DNA of 64,000 nt, taken from the NCBI GenBank assembly GCA_964187785.1, contig OZ076409.1, positions 34,908,001 to 34,972,000 of the forward strand. The letters run 5' to 3'. The position numbers and the translations under genes were made by a program. The DNA comes from Amphiscolops sp. MND2022. Lineage: Eukaryota. Positions 1 through 12,800 of this stretch are shown here, piece by piece. The notes under the pieces are model-generated. The model did not search any database. It worked only from the letters and a program-made list of their open reading frames with translations, and was not told where the DNA came from. Position 1 is the stretch's first letter; each line of letters starts with the position of its first letter.

Positions 1-2061
1 TCTCCCTACTTCGGTACTAAAAATTCATCAGGATTACATTTTCTCATCACGAGTTGGTCCTAGTTCCACCTCCTTGTCAATCATGACTGATGGTTTCACT
101 TCGTTTTCAATAGAATTTAAGGGGTGGTGCTACTGACCCAGTGTTTCCCACTTTTGTAAGCACGACTTGAACTTCGGCTTACTGATTGACATTTGCACCT
201 TTTGCCAGGTCTCTTTTTCTCACGCGGTTCCTGACAACTCTCTCCAGCTAAATCCGGCTGAAGGAAATAATTTTCTACAATTTACAATGACCTAAATGGC
301 GAATTTATTTTATGTCCTTAAAGTCGATTTTCGTGTTACGCATTCTAAGGGCAAAAACTATGTGTTTTGAGCACCGGGGGCTAAAACCAAGTACACCGTT
401 TGATAGCACAATTCAAGGGCTACAAAAACGTTGTAAATCTTTATCTTTCTATTGCATTTCCTTCACGGTGAAAAACGCCCTTAAAGTTTGGTAGTAAAAA
501 AACACGTGTTGACATTGGCAAAACTCTCAACTTTGGAGGGCTCGTACTCAGTCAATTTGAAAGGTACAGCGTGGGGGCTTATATACATCGTTAGCCCAAG
601 CCATTAGGAGTATTTTGCATTTTAGATGAGGTCTCTATCTTTTCTCAACAAAATTTGATGGTACTTTTTCGGAAAGTAGTCATTTTCCCAATTTTCAAGT
701 CTGAACTTTCAACTTTGGAGGCCAATATCTCAAAACCAGGGCATTTTTCGGAAAAACGCTCCGACTAAACGCTGTGCGCCTGGGTCTTGTGCGTCTACCC
801 TGAAAGTTTCAGCTCGATATCGCCCAAAACGTGCGGGGGGGAAGTTAGCATTTCGGTAGGTCGACATCCCTATCGGCAGAAAGAAATCACAACTTTAAAT
901 TCTTGGCGGTTCTTCTCTAGCGCGCCGCAGCACTCTATTTATTATTCTATTCACTTCTCCACTTCAATTCGCAAGTACGCTGTGAAGGTGGCGGCTATTG
1001 TTCGCTCACTCGTTGAGTACTAAGCGATAACATGCGAAAAACGGCTTTTTAGGCCTTTTTAGGGCTGTTTTTAACGTTTGCTGGCTCAGTTCTCAAACAC
1101 TACTGAATATTATTTATTTTCCAATTGACACAAGTTAGGGCATTCATTTATCTTTAATTTAAGCCATATCCGAACATTTTCTGACAACTGTACCGATCAC
1201 ACGAATTTTTTAAAGGAAACTCAATTTTGGAAAATCGTCAAAATTTTATATGCACTTATTTTCAAAGCTTCCCCCCGATATGTTCCCGGGGTCGCACAAC
1301 GCTCATATTCTCAACTTAGGCTCTCCTTTGGGTGGGCTTTTGAATGCTGAAAACTGTTTGTTGCTATATTGTTTCATCTTTGAGAAATCGGGTTTTGATT
1401 TTTAATTTCTATTAAGAGGGGGGATTAATTCAAAGTGTGCGGCGGCCGTTTTCTTATTAGCTATGCGTACAGCCACTCACAACGTGTTCTTAATTTCATT
1501 CCTTTCGCTTTCTGACACGCTTAGCTGAGTTGCATTCTATGCTGTTCACGCACACGGCGGAGTTTTCACTCTCGCTTACCCTCTAACACATGTATTAACA
1601 TAGCAATTTGGCTAAATCTCTATTCTCAGTCAATGATGACTTTAGGTTCAATTTTTGTGGGAATACGTTGGTTTAAAGTTCTTAAATGTCTACTCAACAC
1701 GTAGTCAGGTCAAACAGGAACATTTCGGTGGTTTAATTTTTCTTGTATTAGCAATAGTTGCCGAGAAATTCGATGTCAAAGTTTCTTCCCGATTAGAATT
1801 TTCATACATAGTTCTGAGTGGTGGCGGCCGTATTACTGCATTAATACGTTGCGCGGTCGCTTCATTGTAGCTAAGAATAGTTATTTTGGTTGTCAACGGG
1901 ACGGAATACAATAGTATTGACATTAAACAATAGTGCGAGGTACTTGAAGTACTTATTGTAATCTTTACTTTTATACGATATCACCTCCGGATATTCTACC
2001 TTGCTGATGAAATAAAATTTAATAAACACCATAACATGAGCGAAAAGTCAAAAATCCTACA
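1..2061 (-). repeat. 3' LTR of element A (partial)
   Basis: Highly similar (scattered SNPs and small indels) to 10997-13053; begins TGTAGGATTTTT on the minus strand right after a purine tract. Confidence 0.95.
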
Positions 2062-2074
2062 TTCCCCCCCACTT
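2062..2074 (-). other. Polypurine tract of element A
   Basis: Minus strand AAGTGGGGGGGAA immediately before the TG of the 3' LTR. Confidence 0.85.
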
Positions 2075-3933
2075 GGACTACTACTCTCCTGAGTAGTTGG
2101 TTTATTCAAATTTTATTCCTTTAGTAGGGGCGTTCTGATTCGTTAATTCGTAGTCCAGTCAGGTTGTAATGTAGCCTTGTTTCATCAATTTAATCTCTTT
2201 TATTTTGTAAACAAGGCGTGAGATACAATGATAACAAAATTAAAATCACTTTACACTCTATAAACCATCCTCTTAATTAAAGACAAAATTATTCTATTCC
2301 TTAAAATACATTAAATTCACCAAAAATTTTCATTCTTTCACGCAATTTTCATCTTTTTCCATTCGATATAAGATTTTGGAAATGGAAGGGTGACTTACTT
2401 AAAAACAACTTCTCTCTTCGTTTTTTATAATAGTTTAAGTTCTTACTGACTGGATTTCTTAGTTCATTCTCTTAAAATTTATTATTTAATTATTCACTTT
2501 AGTTTTCTGTCCAAGCAAGGAAAATATAGTTTTTGAGCTTTTCTTTGGGGCAAATAAATACAGGGGGGATTTAACAGATGCAGATTTAATCTGGGTACAA
2601 ATTATCATTTCGAAAAGGTTCATCTCACGTGTAGGGTTCTATACTAGCGCTGATAGGCTTCATCCACACAAAATTAACTTTCGGATCATCTCGGGACACA
2701 TTGTCGTCTTGTTGCAGAGGTCGAAACACACTTCCTTCTCCAGGATCGGCAAAGTTGTTGTTTGTTCTTTTGGCCGGCATATATAACATTCCAAACAATA
2801 TTAACACACCCAAAATTGTGATACATTACTGAAGAGGAATACTTTCACTTTTCTGAATAGTAGTCGAAGAGAAGCAGACTACTTCGCTGAATTTACCTGA
2901 GGCAGGTTACAGAGTCAGTACAACGGAATAAACTTGCAATCCCCCTTAGCAAATCTTTCGTGTCCGAAAGTGGGTACGACTGGAACTCAAATATTTTCAG
3001 GAAGGGGGGATAGTCTCTCTTCTGGATCTTCTTCAGATAACATACCGAGACTTGGTTAGCGATATTATTTTGACAAGTCATTTCTGCGATTTCGTAGTTA
3101 CGGGAGGTCATTCGCGCGAACCTAGGCCGACAATCCTCAACGCTTGTTCCAAACAAGTTCTTACTTTTCACGCCGGTACCCGATTACGACAACACAAATA
3201 CTACATTTACATTATCTTTCAACTATACTAGCGAGTCGAATTATTCAAGCATGGGAAAAAAATTTCCGACAATACGAAGCACAGATACATAGAAGTTAAA
3301 TACGGTAATATATTATTTTTTTTGAAAATCCTTCGAATTGATTGTAGGGGCGATGACTACAATTTTTCAATTCTAGTTACTGGGGTAATTAGGTTAAGGC
3401 AAAACTAAATGAAGGAGAGCCGGTAGCGACACGGATGACACTACGTTTCGAACTCATCACCTCCTGATTGACTATCCGAGCTTACAGTTAATTCAATTAG
3501 TCATGCTCGCGAACGGCTAAACGAACGATGAGCTTCACTACTTCGGATGATTCAACTCACCAGACCATCACCCGAAGACATTAATGTTATTTTGGCTTTA
3601 CCACGTACTCGTCTATGCCAAAGCGCACTGGCGGTCGACGATTCCGTGTCGTTTGTATCATCAGCGAATCTGAACGTTCGCTTTCGTTGTCCTCATCTGA
3701 AGAAGGCGGGGTATTTCTACTCTCGTTTATTTCTGCATAAACAGGAAATGATGATTCCTTTGACGGTTCGGGGACATCTATATACAAGGGACGATTAATC
3801 AGAGAAAAGTCTTCGTCGTTTTCGGCGCTTATCACGCGGGGAACGTCATGAAATGACACGTGCGGCCGGTTTTTATTGGCTTGGATTTCCGCCGAAGTAG
3901 GGCGGAACACATGATACGGTTTATTTTTATTCT

Positions 3934-5388
3934 CTATTGGTCGGATGAATCGGATTCATCTGCGACTTCTTCATAACTCGGTAGCGTTTTTGTCGCCACT
4001 CGTTCGGATCGTTTCGGGAGGGATTCGCCAAGATACGGTTTGAGACGATCAAAATGGATATTTTGCCACTTTTCCGGGCAACCTGGCTTGCAAATCTGAT
4101 AGTTCACTTCACTTGTCTGACTCAATACTTCGTATGGACCGTGCCAAGGGAGATGGAACTTCCGGGATTTCGCTTTGTGTGCCTCGAATAACCACACTCG
4201 GTCTCCTATTTTAAAACTTTCTCCATGGACCTTTTCCTGATAATAATCCTTCTGACGACGTTGTTCTTTCTCCATAGTTAGTTGCGCATGACTATGCACT
4301 TCGAATAGTTTATCACTCAACTCGGCTCCTACCTCGCCTAATTCTAAACGGGTGTCGCCAGGAAGTTTCGGATAGAATAAATCGATCGGATATTGTGCTT
4401 CTCTCCCGTACAACATGGAGAACGGGGTCGTACCGAGAGTCTTATGTACGGTGGTATTGTACACCAAATTGACGTGGGGCAGGTAGAGATCCCATTCTTG
4501 TGGTTTTTCGGCACAATACTTAAAGATAGTATCGGCAATGACTCTATTGAATCTTTCTACTTGACCATTTCCTTGAGGATGATACGGAGAAGTCCTAGTC
4601 TTATCAATCATGAATACTTGGCAAACATCCTTCATCACTTCGCTGTTGAAGTTGGTTCCTTGATCAGTATGTAAAGTATCGGGAGCCCCAAATTTCAAAA
4701 TCCACTCTTCGACTAAAGTCGTGGCCACCGTCTTAGCCGTCATGTCTTTCAAAGGAACGGCAACCGCATACTTAGTATACAAATCCGATATGACTACAAT
4801 GTATCGCGCCTGTGACTTTTTCGCTAGCGTTACGGGTCCCAAGATATCTGCTGCAACAAAACGAAACGGCGCCTTAGCTTCGATTGTTTGCAAATGAGCT
4901 TTTCGACTTTTTCCCGCCGTTGATCTAGCCGCGCAACGAGTGCATTTTGCAATATACTTTTCTACACTTGACCTGAGACCAGGCCACCAAAATTTCTGTT
5001 TAATCCTTGATAACGTTTTCTCGGCTGCAAAATGACTTCCGCTAAGAGGGGAGTCATGTAACTGATGTAACACTTCGGCTCTCAAAGTCGAAGGAACTAC
5101 TGTCTGCCATATTTCACGTTCACGATTGCTAGGTTTCCATTTTCGATAAAGGACTCGATTTGCCAGCGCAAGCTGGTCCCAATTACTCCAAAGTTCTAAC
5201 GCCTCTGGACAACTCCATCCTAATGCTACTTCTCGGGGGATGGGGTTGGGCCCTAAATCTTCTAATGTACCATCTATCCGAATTCCACGTCTAACCAATT
5301 CACGGAATAGTAGTCCCATACTACGATCCATTCTCTGACCATACGCTAGGTCACTGTCTGATCTAGTCCATGAGATATGCCCACCCAC
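3934..5388 (-). CDS. pol: Integrase part of pol, element A
   Basis: HHCC finger (HQLHD..SHF..CTRC), DDE core (AADILGP, HTDQGTNF, NGQVERFN), GPY/F motif WHGPY. Confidence 0.95.
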   Translation of the reverse strand: MGGHISWTRSDSDLAYGQRMDRSMGLLFRELVRRGIRIDGTLEDLGPNPIPREVALGWSCPEALELWSNWDQLALANRVLYRKWKPSNREREIWQTVVPSTLRAEVLHQLHDSPLSGSHFAAEKTLSRIKQKFWWPGLRSSVEKYIAKCTRCAARSTAGKSRKAHLQTIEAKAPFRFVAADILGPVTLAKKSQARYIVVISDLYTKYAVAVPLKDMTAKTVATTLVEEWILKFGAPDTLHTDQGTNFNSEVMKDVCQVFMIDKTRTSPYHPQGNGQVERFNRVIADTIFKYCAEKPQEWDLYLPHVNLVYNTTVHKTLGTTPFSMLYGREAQYPIDLFYPKLPGDTRLELGEVGAELSDKLFEVHSHAQLTMEKEQRRQKDYYQEKVHGESFKIGDRVWLFEAHKAKSRKFHLPWHGPYEVLSQTSEVNYQICKPGCPEKWQNIHFDRLKPYLGESLPKRSERVATKTLPSYEEVADESDSSDQ

Positions 5389-5510
5389 TTGCTCTGATAC
5401 TAACTTTTCTTACGGGTAATGACCGAACAGGCGGAATCTACACTTGATGAACGCGCGGTACCTCGTCTTGCCGAAGTCGAGGGGTACAATTGCTCTTGGT
5501 CTCTCGGTGT

Positions 5511-5923
5511 ATACACGGAGATCGTAAAATACGAATCTTGAAACACAACCTCTAGACAAATAGCTACATTCACCCACTCCAATTCGTCATCGACGCAACC
5601 TATTCTAGGCATTGCAAGTTTGGAAATTCCATGGGAACTAGCATGTTCTTTCACTCTCAATAGACTTTCTTTTAGTACATCGTGTTTAGCAACTTCTCCG
5701 TTACAATGCTTGGTGATCAATATGTACACATAACGTCCTTTTTCAACATCTTGGTACACTAGAAAACCTCCAACACGATTTACCGACTCTGCGAGAGGTG
5801 GTAAATGGGAATACTTTTTTACGAACGATTTCATGGGAGCAGTGGCTACTCTCATGTCGGCAGATACACACAAAACTAAGGAATCGGGGGATTCGAAAAA
5901 TCCCCTTCTCGATAACGGACTAC
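5511..5923 (-). pseudogene. TARG1/OARD1 (Poa1p-like) macrodomain inside pol, one frameshift near 5897
   Basis: VVRYREGDF/F-ESPDSLVLCVSAD...GRYVYILITK...LKESL..VKEH...GISKLAMPRIGCVDDELEW..V...LEVVF.....ISVY matches the motif order of human OARD1 (from memory). Confidence 0.85.
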
Positions 5924-7477
5924 CTCTCTAGGTGGGTGAAAATTTTGCATTTTCAAATGCCGAGCTACATCCTCTGAGTTTTCCAATTTCTCACGAGCTT
6001 TGGTTCGGGCGGCTCGAAGATCGCGTTCGGCTTCAAACAAAGCACTATCAAATTCGGTGAATTCGGGAATCGGTCCTCTTAACGCATCTTCTTCGCCGGG
6101 GAGCCATTGGGGTACGTCATTCGGTCGTCGACTAAGGCCGTCCGCATTACAATATTTATCACCTGGACGATGTACTATTTGATAGTCATACTCCTGAAGT
6201 TTCTGAACCATTCGAAAAGTCATTCCATCGGCATTTTGCCTAAACAACTATTGAAGACTTGCATGATCTGTGCGAATAATACATTTGGATCCGTAAATGT
6301 ACGGTCTGAATCACTGGACGGCTTGAACTACACCTAGCGCTTCTCTTTTGGTTGTTGCATAATTTACCTCCGTTTTAGTTAGAACTCGCGACTCGAAGGC
6401 AATTGGATACTCTATCCCATCGATCACTTGCGACAAAACTGCGCCGAGCGCCGTATCACTAGCATCGGTATCAATAATGAACGGAAGTTCAAAATTTGGA
6501 AATGCCAAAATTGGAGCTTCTAACAATCTTTTCTCCAGCGTTTGGAACGCTTTGTCATGTTCTTCGGTCCATGTAAATTTTAACCCTTTGCTAGTCAACA
6601 AATAAAGTGGCCTAGCCACTTCCGCGAAGTTTTGGACAAACTTCCGATAATAGTTGCAGAAGGCAACAAATGAGCGAACTCCGGTGACGTCGGTCGGAGG
6701 CTCCCATTCGCGTACTGCCGCTAACTTTTTCGGATCTGGTTGGATCCCTTCCTTGTTAATCACATGACCTAGATAGTGGACCTCGGTGCGGAATAAGTTG
6801 CATTTCTTCGGTTTAGGACGTAAACCGGCTTTGCGCAAAACTATAAACACCTTTTCCAAATGCTCCAAATGTTCTTCTGGAGTTTTGCTAAACGTTAGCA
6901 CATCATCTAGGAATATGAGCACTTGTTTATATAGATCTTCTTTAAAAATGTCGTTCATGTTCCGTTGGAAAGTTGGTGGGGCGTTCGTTAAGCCAAAAGG
7001 CATTTTCAAACACTCATATAACTCTCCATCCGGAGTACAAAATGCCGTTTTGTGCCGGTCTTCGGCCGCGACTGGAATCTGCCAATAGCCACTTGCTAAA
7101 TCGAGAGACGAGAAGACTCCCGCCCCTTGCAGTGCATCAATCGTTTGACGGATCCGAGGCAACGGATACGCGTCCTTTACGGTAAGGTCGTTCAACTTTC
7201 GATAATCTATACACATTCGGTTTGAGCCATCTTTCTTAGGTACCATTACTATGGGACTGCTGAAAGGACTTTTACTCGGTACTATGACTCCTTTCTCAAG
7301 CAACTCACGAATTTCTTCGCGAACGGCTTCTAATTTATGCGGAGCAATTCTGTAGGGCGAAATTTTGAACGTTTTCGCATCGCCTATGTCTATGCGGTGT
7401 TCTACTCCTACAGCGGTTCCTAACGGGTCTGAAGGCAGTGAAAACACATCTCTGTAATCACTAATCAAATTTCGCAA
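5924..7477 (-). pseudogene. pol: Reverse transcriptase + RNase H of element A (two Trp->stop changes)
   Basis: RMCIDYRKLN, SLDLASGYWQ, MPFGLTNAP, FLDD, IIDTDAS, REALGVV, then TDH and NADGLSR after the in-frame stops. Confidence 0.95.
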
Positions 7478-7552
7478 ATTTTCCTTTATTTCGACATTCT
7501 CGAGTCCAGGGGTGGCTAAATTTAAAATTTCGTCATCTTCCTGTTCGAGTTT

Positions 7553-8413
7553 TCAGTTTATTTCGGAGGCCGCTGATACTGTGTCGGGACCAGGTACCAT
7601 TTCGCAAACAAATGCGTCATCTTCCGGCGGGGGAACATGACCGCTTAGGACTTGCATGTGTACTTTGATAATGAAACCATCATCTTTGGGGATCGTTAGT
7701 TTTTGTTCGACTAAGTCAGTCGAGCATTGATTTTCCATCATGAAATTTAAGCCAATCATGATCTCAGGGTAGAGATCTTCCACAACCACGAATTCATCGG
7801 AAGCGACGCACATTCCGATTTTAACTTCTGCTTTTACGATACCTTTGGTAGTCATCTCGTTGGCTATTGGGCCTGTTAAACGACTGGGATTGGGGGCTAT
7901 TGGGTTACCAATAGTCTTAGCCAATTCCAAACTCATCAAACTTCTACTCGCACCAGTGTCTATCATGGCCCAACAGCGTAGGCTTTCGACTTCATAGGGG
8001 ATTAAAAGCGTGGCCCCTGGAATGTATTGACTATGGGTAAGTTTTCTCGATTTTACCTCATCAGACCGGGCCTGAGTTGGAAATTCTGGTTCTTTCTTGG
8101 AAAAAATTTTCACAGAGCCAGGCTCTGCTTGTTTATCCTCAAAAAGATTTTGGATGGGGGGACTATTTACAACAAGGGTATGGGATTCTTTTGGGAAAAA
8201 GCCTCCCGGGCAAAACTCCTCACACATTTGTTTCCAAGCTTCGGGGTCGATCCGCCTACTGCGATTGCGCTGTCGCAAACGGCTATCGTTACTCCTAGAC
8301 CTAGAACGAACACGCTGACTTGTTTGCGGAAAATTTGTAGCAGCTGGAGGAGGGATGGAATCCCAAGCGCGAGTAGAGCCTGCTACTGCATACTCGGCTG
8401 CCGATAGTTTAAA
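7553..8413 (-). pseudogene. pol: Aspartic protease region of pol, element A
   Basis: AMIDTGASRS active site; frame is open from the slippery site at 8407-8413; frameshift before RT. Confidence 0.9.
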
Positions 8414-9783
8414 GAATTAGACTGCGGAAGACTTGGACATTGTTTAGCGTAGTGACCTATCGCCTTACAAGTAAAACATTCCGCTTCTTCGGGGGGAGGG
8501 TGCGAAACATTCAGCTGACCCGACGATCCTGCCCTATTTAGAGGCGCACGATAACTAGGATTGAAAGGGGCTTGAAAACAGGGAGGTTGCCAACTCTGAG
8601 GCTGCCCACCAACCGGCCGTTGCGAACTTCCTAACGCTCCTACGATCGGAGATGACATGTCTGTTATACTTTGTACTATGGTTTCTGTTTGTCTGGTCGT
8701 CAGCTCGGCTTGTTTCGAGGAACTTTGTTCTAAGTGTTTTGTCATTTGATCGGTTTGCTTGGAAATTTGCTGACAGATGGAATTTTCGAAGCGATCAAAA
8801 CGATTCGCCTTGGTAAGTGATGTTTGGATGGCGGCAAATTTTTCTTCTATTTGACTATTATTCGAATAGCCAGCTCTCACTAGATCGGGATCCTCATATT
8901 CGTCATACGAATAGCGCAATTTATCAAGTTTCCGCTCTCTTTTTGATTCATGAGTCTTGTGGATTATTTCGAGTTCCTGTGCTCGTTGCAAGGTTTCCCC
9001 GAAATCACGGTCACGCTCGTCTTCATACAAATTGAATTGTATTCGCGAATCAAAAAGTCCTTCAATAAATTGATCCCTCATATCATATGACGTGACGTTC
9101 CCTTTCCCGGAGCGGTTTTTCAGGAAAGGCTATATCAGCGAGTTGACGTACTCTTCTCGAGTAGTCCCTTAGGGCTTCGTTTTCCCATTGTTTAACTGCT
9201 TTAAATTCCGACCGTGTGGCTCGCTGACTGCGATATTGCTGCATCTTGGGTTTCAAAATTTCAAGTAGTTCATCAAACCGTGGGGGATAAGAACCTGGTT
9301 CTTTTTCAATATATCTTTGGGGGACAGTTTCAAATTCTTCAATAGCCCACGATGTTAAACAAGTAGGTATTGCTGCAATTTTTGACTATCATTCCACCCA
9401 TTTGCTTTAGCAACTGCTTTGAAGTGTTTTACCCAGCTTTCCCAGTCGTTGTAATCTTTGCCGGGGAACTTTTCTGGTTTTATTGGGGACTTTTCATATA
9501 AAGGTTTTTGTCTTCTTTTGGATTCATTTTCAAGAACCATGGAGTCGTCCGAATCTAATTCTTCTTCAAATTTGAATCTTTTCAGTTCTCTTTCCATTTC
9601 TTTCATTCGTTTATAGGCGGTTTGTTTACGCTCCTTTGCCGCATCGGCCAATCCTACGAAAGAAAATTTAGTGGACTTACTGAGGAGTGGCTTACTACCA
9701 CCTGTGACGGGAGTATGGGTGCCGTTGGGATCTTCTTGGGTGACGGGGGAAATCTGCTGATCGTTGTCGTCGTCTCCAGACAT
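8383..9783 (-). pseudogene. gag: gag of element A (frameshifted)
   Basis: KPEKFPG.DW.SW..HF..VA.ANGW capsid-type motif, RDQFIEGL, CCHC knuckle CFTCKAIGHYAKQC; split over several frames. Confidence 0.9.
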
Positions 9784-9874
9784 CGTCAAGAAGGGTTCGG
9801 CAACTCAAAGGGGTGAAGGGAAGATAAGTGAGAGAAGTAAGCAAAGAAAGAGGAACTGACAAAGACGCAAAGAA

Positions 9875-9893
9875 AGCCCAACCAGGAGCGCCA
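9875..9893 (-). other. Primer binding site of element A (probably tRNA-Asn)
   Basis: TGGCGCTCCTGGTTGGGCT 1 nt after the 5' LTR; resembles the complement of animal tRNA-Asn 3' ends (from memory). Confidence 0.7.
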
Positions 9894-9894
9894 A

Positions 9895-12800
9895 TGTAAG
9901 ATTTTTAGTTTTCCGGTAGCTTTAACTATTTGTTGAGAATAGCTCCACTACAACTCAATTAAACCCGTAGGTACCATGCACGAGACAAGGACTGGCTGAG
10001 TATCTACATAAATTTTTATCAACTCCGAAGAAGAGACGAATCAACTTAATCGAAGGCGGTGGGGGTAAGTGTGACAAGGAAATCACGATCTTTACAACTT
10101 TGCTATTTTTCCCTCTTTCAGGGGTTTGTCTTGCTACTCTTGGACTGTTTGAAATTATCTTTTCGCTGATGAAAAGAAGCAGGTTGAACTTTAATTACTA
10201 TACATCAAATAAATAAGTCGAGTAATAGACACAAATACAATTTCACATCCACGAATAATAGAATGAATAATATGATAACATCGATAATAGCGGAGAATAT
10301 TACTGAGTATATTAGGAGGCATATTAGGAGGCATATAACACAAGAGAACAGTATATAAGAATTTCAGCAAGGTTAAGTTTTTTGTATCCGTAAGGATGGG
10401 GGTGATATCGAAGATATCGGAAGAATCAACTCGCCGCAAAATCTCTATCGATCTTGGAGTGAAAACCACAATCCGTGTATTATCAGCCCACTTAGGCTTA
10501 AACCGTGTATTATCAGCCCACTTAGGCTTAAACCGTGTATTATCAGCCCACTTAGGCTTGAACCGTGTATTATCAGCCCACTTAGGCTCAACCGTGTATT
10601 CTCAGCCCACTTAGGCTCAACCGTGTATTCTCAGCACACTTAGGCTCTTTTACATGTAATACGATAGACCAGCAGTCCACCCTACTCCCGGGTCGAAATC
10701 CGTACTAGCGAAGAGCGGGGTAGCAACAAATCAGGCAACTTCAGGTTGTTAGGCTGAAGGCACGGGCTAACCGGCCAGACGAAGTAAATCTGCAATTTCG
10801 ATAGTCCGGCGTCTGATGCGGGATGCTATCGGACGCAAAGCAGCAAACCGTTCTCTAGTTTTCAACTCACTTTGTGTGTCGCTAAAATGGCGCACACTTC
10901 GGCCAAAGTTACTTCTTCGGCACTTTAGTCATTTAAGTATTCGTAATTTGTCATCTTTCCTTTTTGATGGCCTGACTAAGTGTTGAGTAAGACAGTTCTC
11001 CCTATTTCGGTACTAAAAATTCATCAGGAGTACATTTTCTTATCACGAGTCGGTCCTAGTTCCACCTCCTTGTCATTCATGACTGATGGTTTCACTTCGT
11101 TTTCAATAGAATTTAAGGGGTGGTGCTACTGACTCAGTGTTTCCCACTTTTGTAAGCACGACTTGAACCTCGGCTTACTGATTGACATTTGCACCTTTTG
11201 CCAGGTCTCTTTTTCTCACGCGGTTCCTGACAACTCTCTCCAGCTAAATCTGGCTGAAGGAATTATTTTTCTACAGTTTACAATGACCTAAAAGGCGAAT
11301 TTATTTTATGTCTTGAAAGTCGATTTTCGTGTTACGCATTCTAAGGGCAAAAACTAAGTGTTCTGATCACCGGGGGCTAAAACCAAGTACACCGTTTGAA
11401 AGTACAATTCAAGGGCCACAAAAACGTTGTAAATCTTTATCTTTCTATTGCATTTCCTTAACGGTGAAAAACGCCCTTAAAGTTTGGTAGTAAAAAAACA
11501 AGTGTTGACATTGGCAAAACTCTCAACTTTGGAGGGCTCGTACTCAGTCAATTTGAAAGGTACAGCGTGGGGACTTATATACATCGTTAGCCCAAGCCAT
11601 TAGAAGTATTTTGCATTTTAGATGAGGTCTCTATCTTTTCTCAACAAAATTTGATGGTACTTTTTCTGAAAGTAGTCATTTTCCCAATTTTTAAGTCTGA
11701 ACTTTCAACTTTGGAGGCCAATATCTCAAAACCAGGGCTTTTTTCGGAAAAACGCTCCGGCTGAACGCTGTGCGCCTGGGTCTTGTGCGTCTACCCTGAA
11801 AGTTTCAGCTCGATATCGCCCGAAACGTGCGGGAGGGTGGAAGTTAGCATTTTGGTAGGTCGACGTCCCTATCGGCAGAAAGAAATCACAACTTTAAATT
11901 CTTGACGGTTCTTCTCTAGCAGCACTCTATTTATTATTCTATTCACTCCTCCACTTCAATTCGCAAGTACGCTGTGAAAGGGGCGGCTATTGTTCGCTTA
12001 CTCGTTGAGTACTAAGCGATAACATGCGAAAAACGGCTTTTTAGGCCATTTTAGGGCTGTTTTTAACGTTTGCTGGCTCAGTTCTCAAAAACTACTGAAT
12101 ATTATTTATTTTCCAATTGACACAAGTTAGGGCATTCATTTATCTTTAATTTAAGCTATATCCGAACATTTTCTGACAACTGTACCGATCACACGGAATT
12201 TTTAAAGGAAACTCAATTTTGGAAAATCGTCAAAATTTTATATGCACTTATTTTCAAAGCTTCCCCCCGATATGTTCCCGGGGTTGCACAACGCTCACAT
12301 TCTCAACTTAAGCTCTCCTTTGGATGGGCTTTCGAATGCTGAAAACCGTTTGTTGCTATCTTTTTTCATCTTCGAGAAATCGGGTTTTGATTTTTAATTT
12401 CTATTAAGAGGGGGGATTAATTCAAAGTGTGCGGCGGCCGTTTTCTTATTAGCTATGCGTACAGCCACTCACAGCGCGTTCTTAATTTCATTCCTTTCGC
12501 TTTCTGACACGCTTAGCTGAGTTGCATTCCATGCTGTTCACGCACACGGCGGAGTTTTCTCTCTCGCTTACCCTCTAACACATGTATTAACATAGCAATT
12601 TGGCTAAATCTCTATTCTCAGTCAATGATGACTTTAGGTTCAATTTTTGTGGGAATACGTTGGTTTAAAGTTCTTAAATGTCTACTCAACACGTAGTCAG
12701 GTCAAACAGGAACATTTCGGTGGTTTAATTTTTCTTGTCTTAGCAATAGTTGCCGAGAAATTCGATGTCAAAGTTTCTTTCCGATTAGAATTTTCATACA

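Noticed and set aside
1655..1923. Small ORFs duplicated at 12647-12915
   Set aside because: Duplicated only because they lie in the LTR; no motifs
2075..3910. Accessory or env gene in the 3' region of element A
   Set aside because: Only short ORFs without recognisable motifs; 3587-3910 is probably a detached integrase tail; no consistent splice model found
10396..10614. ORF with repeated RVLSAHLGLN
   Set aside because: Translation of the 30-bp tandem array; the frame breaks in the 29-bp units
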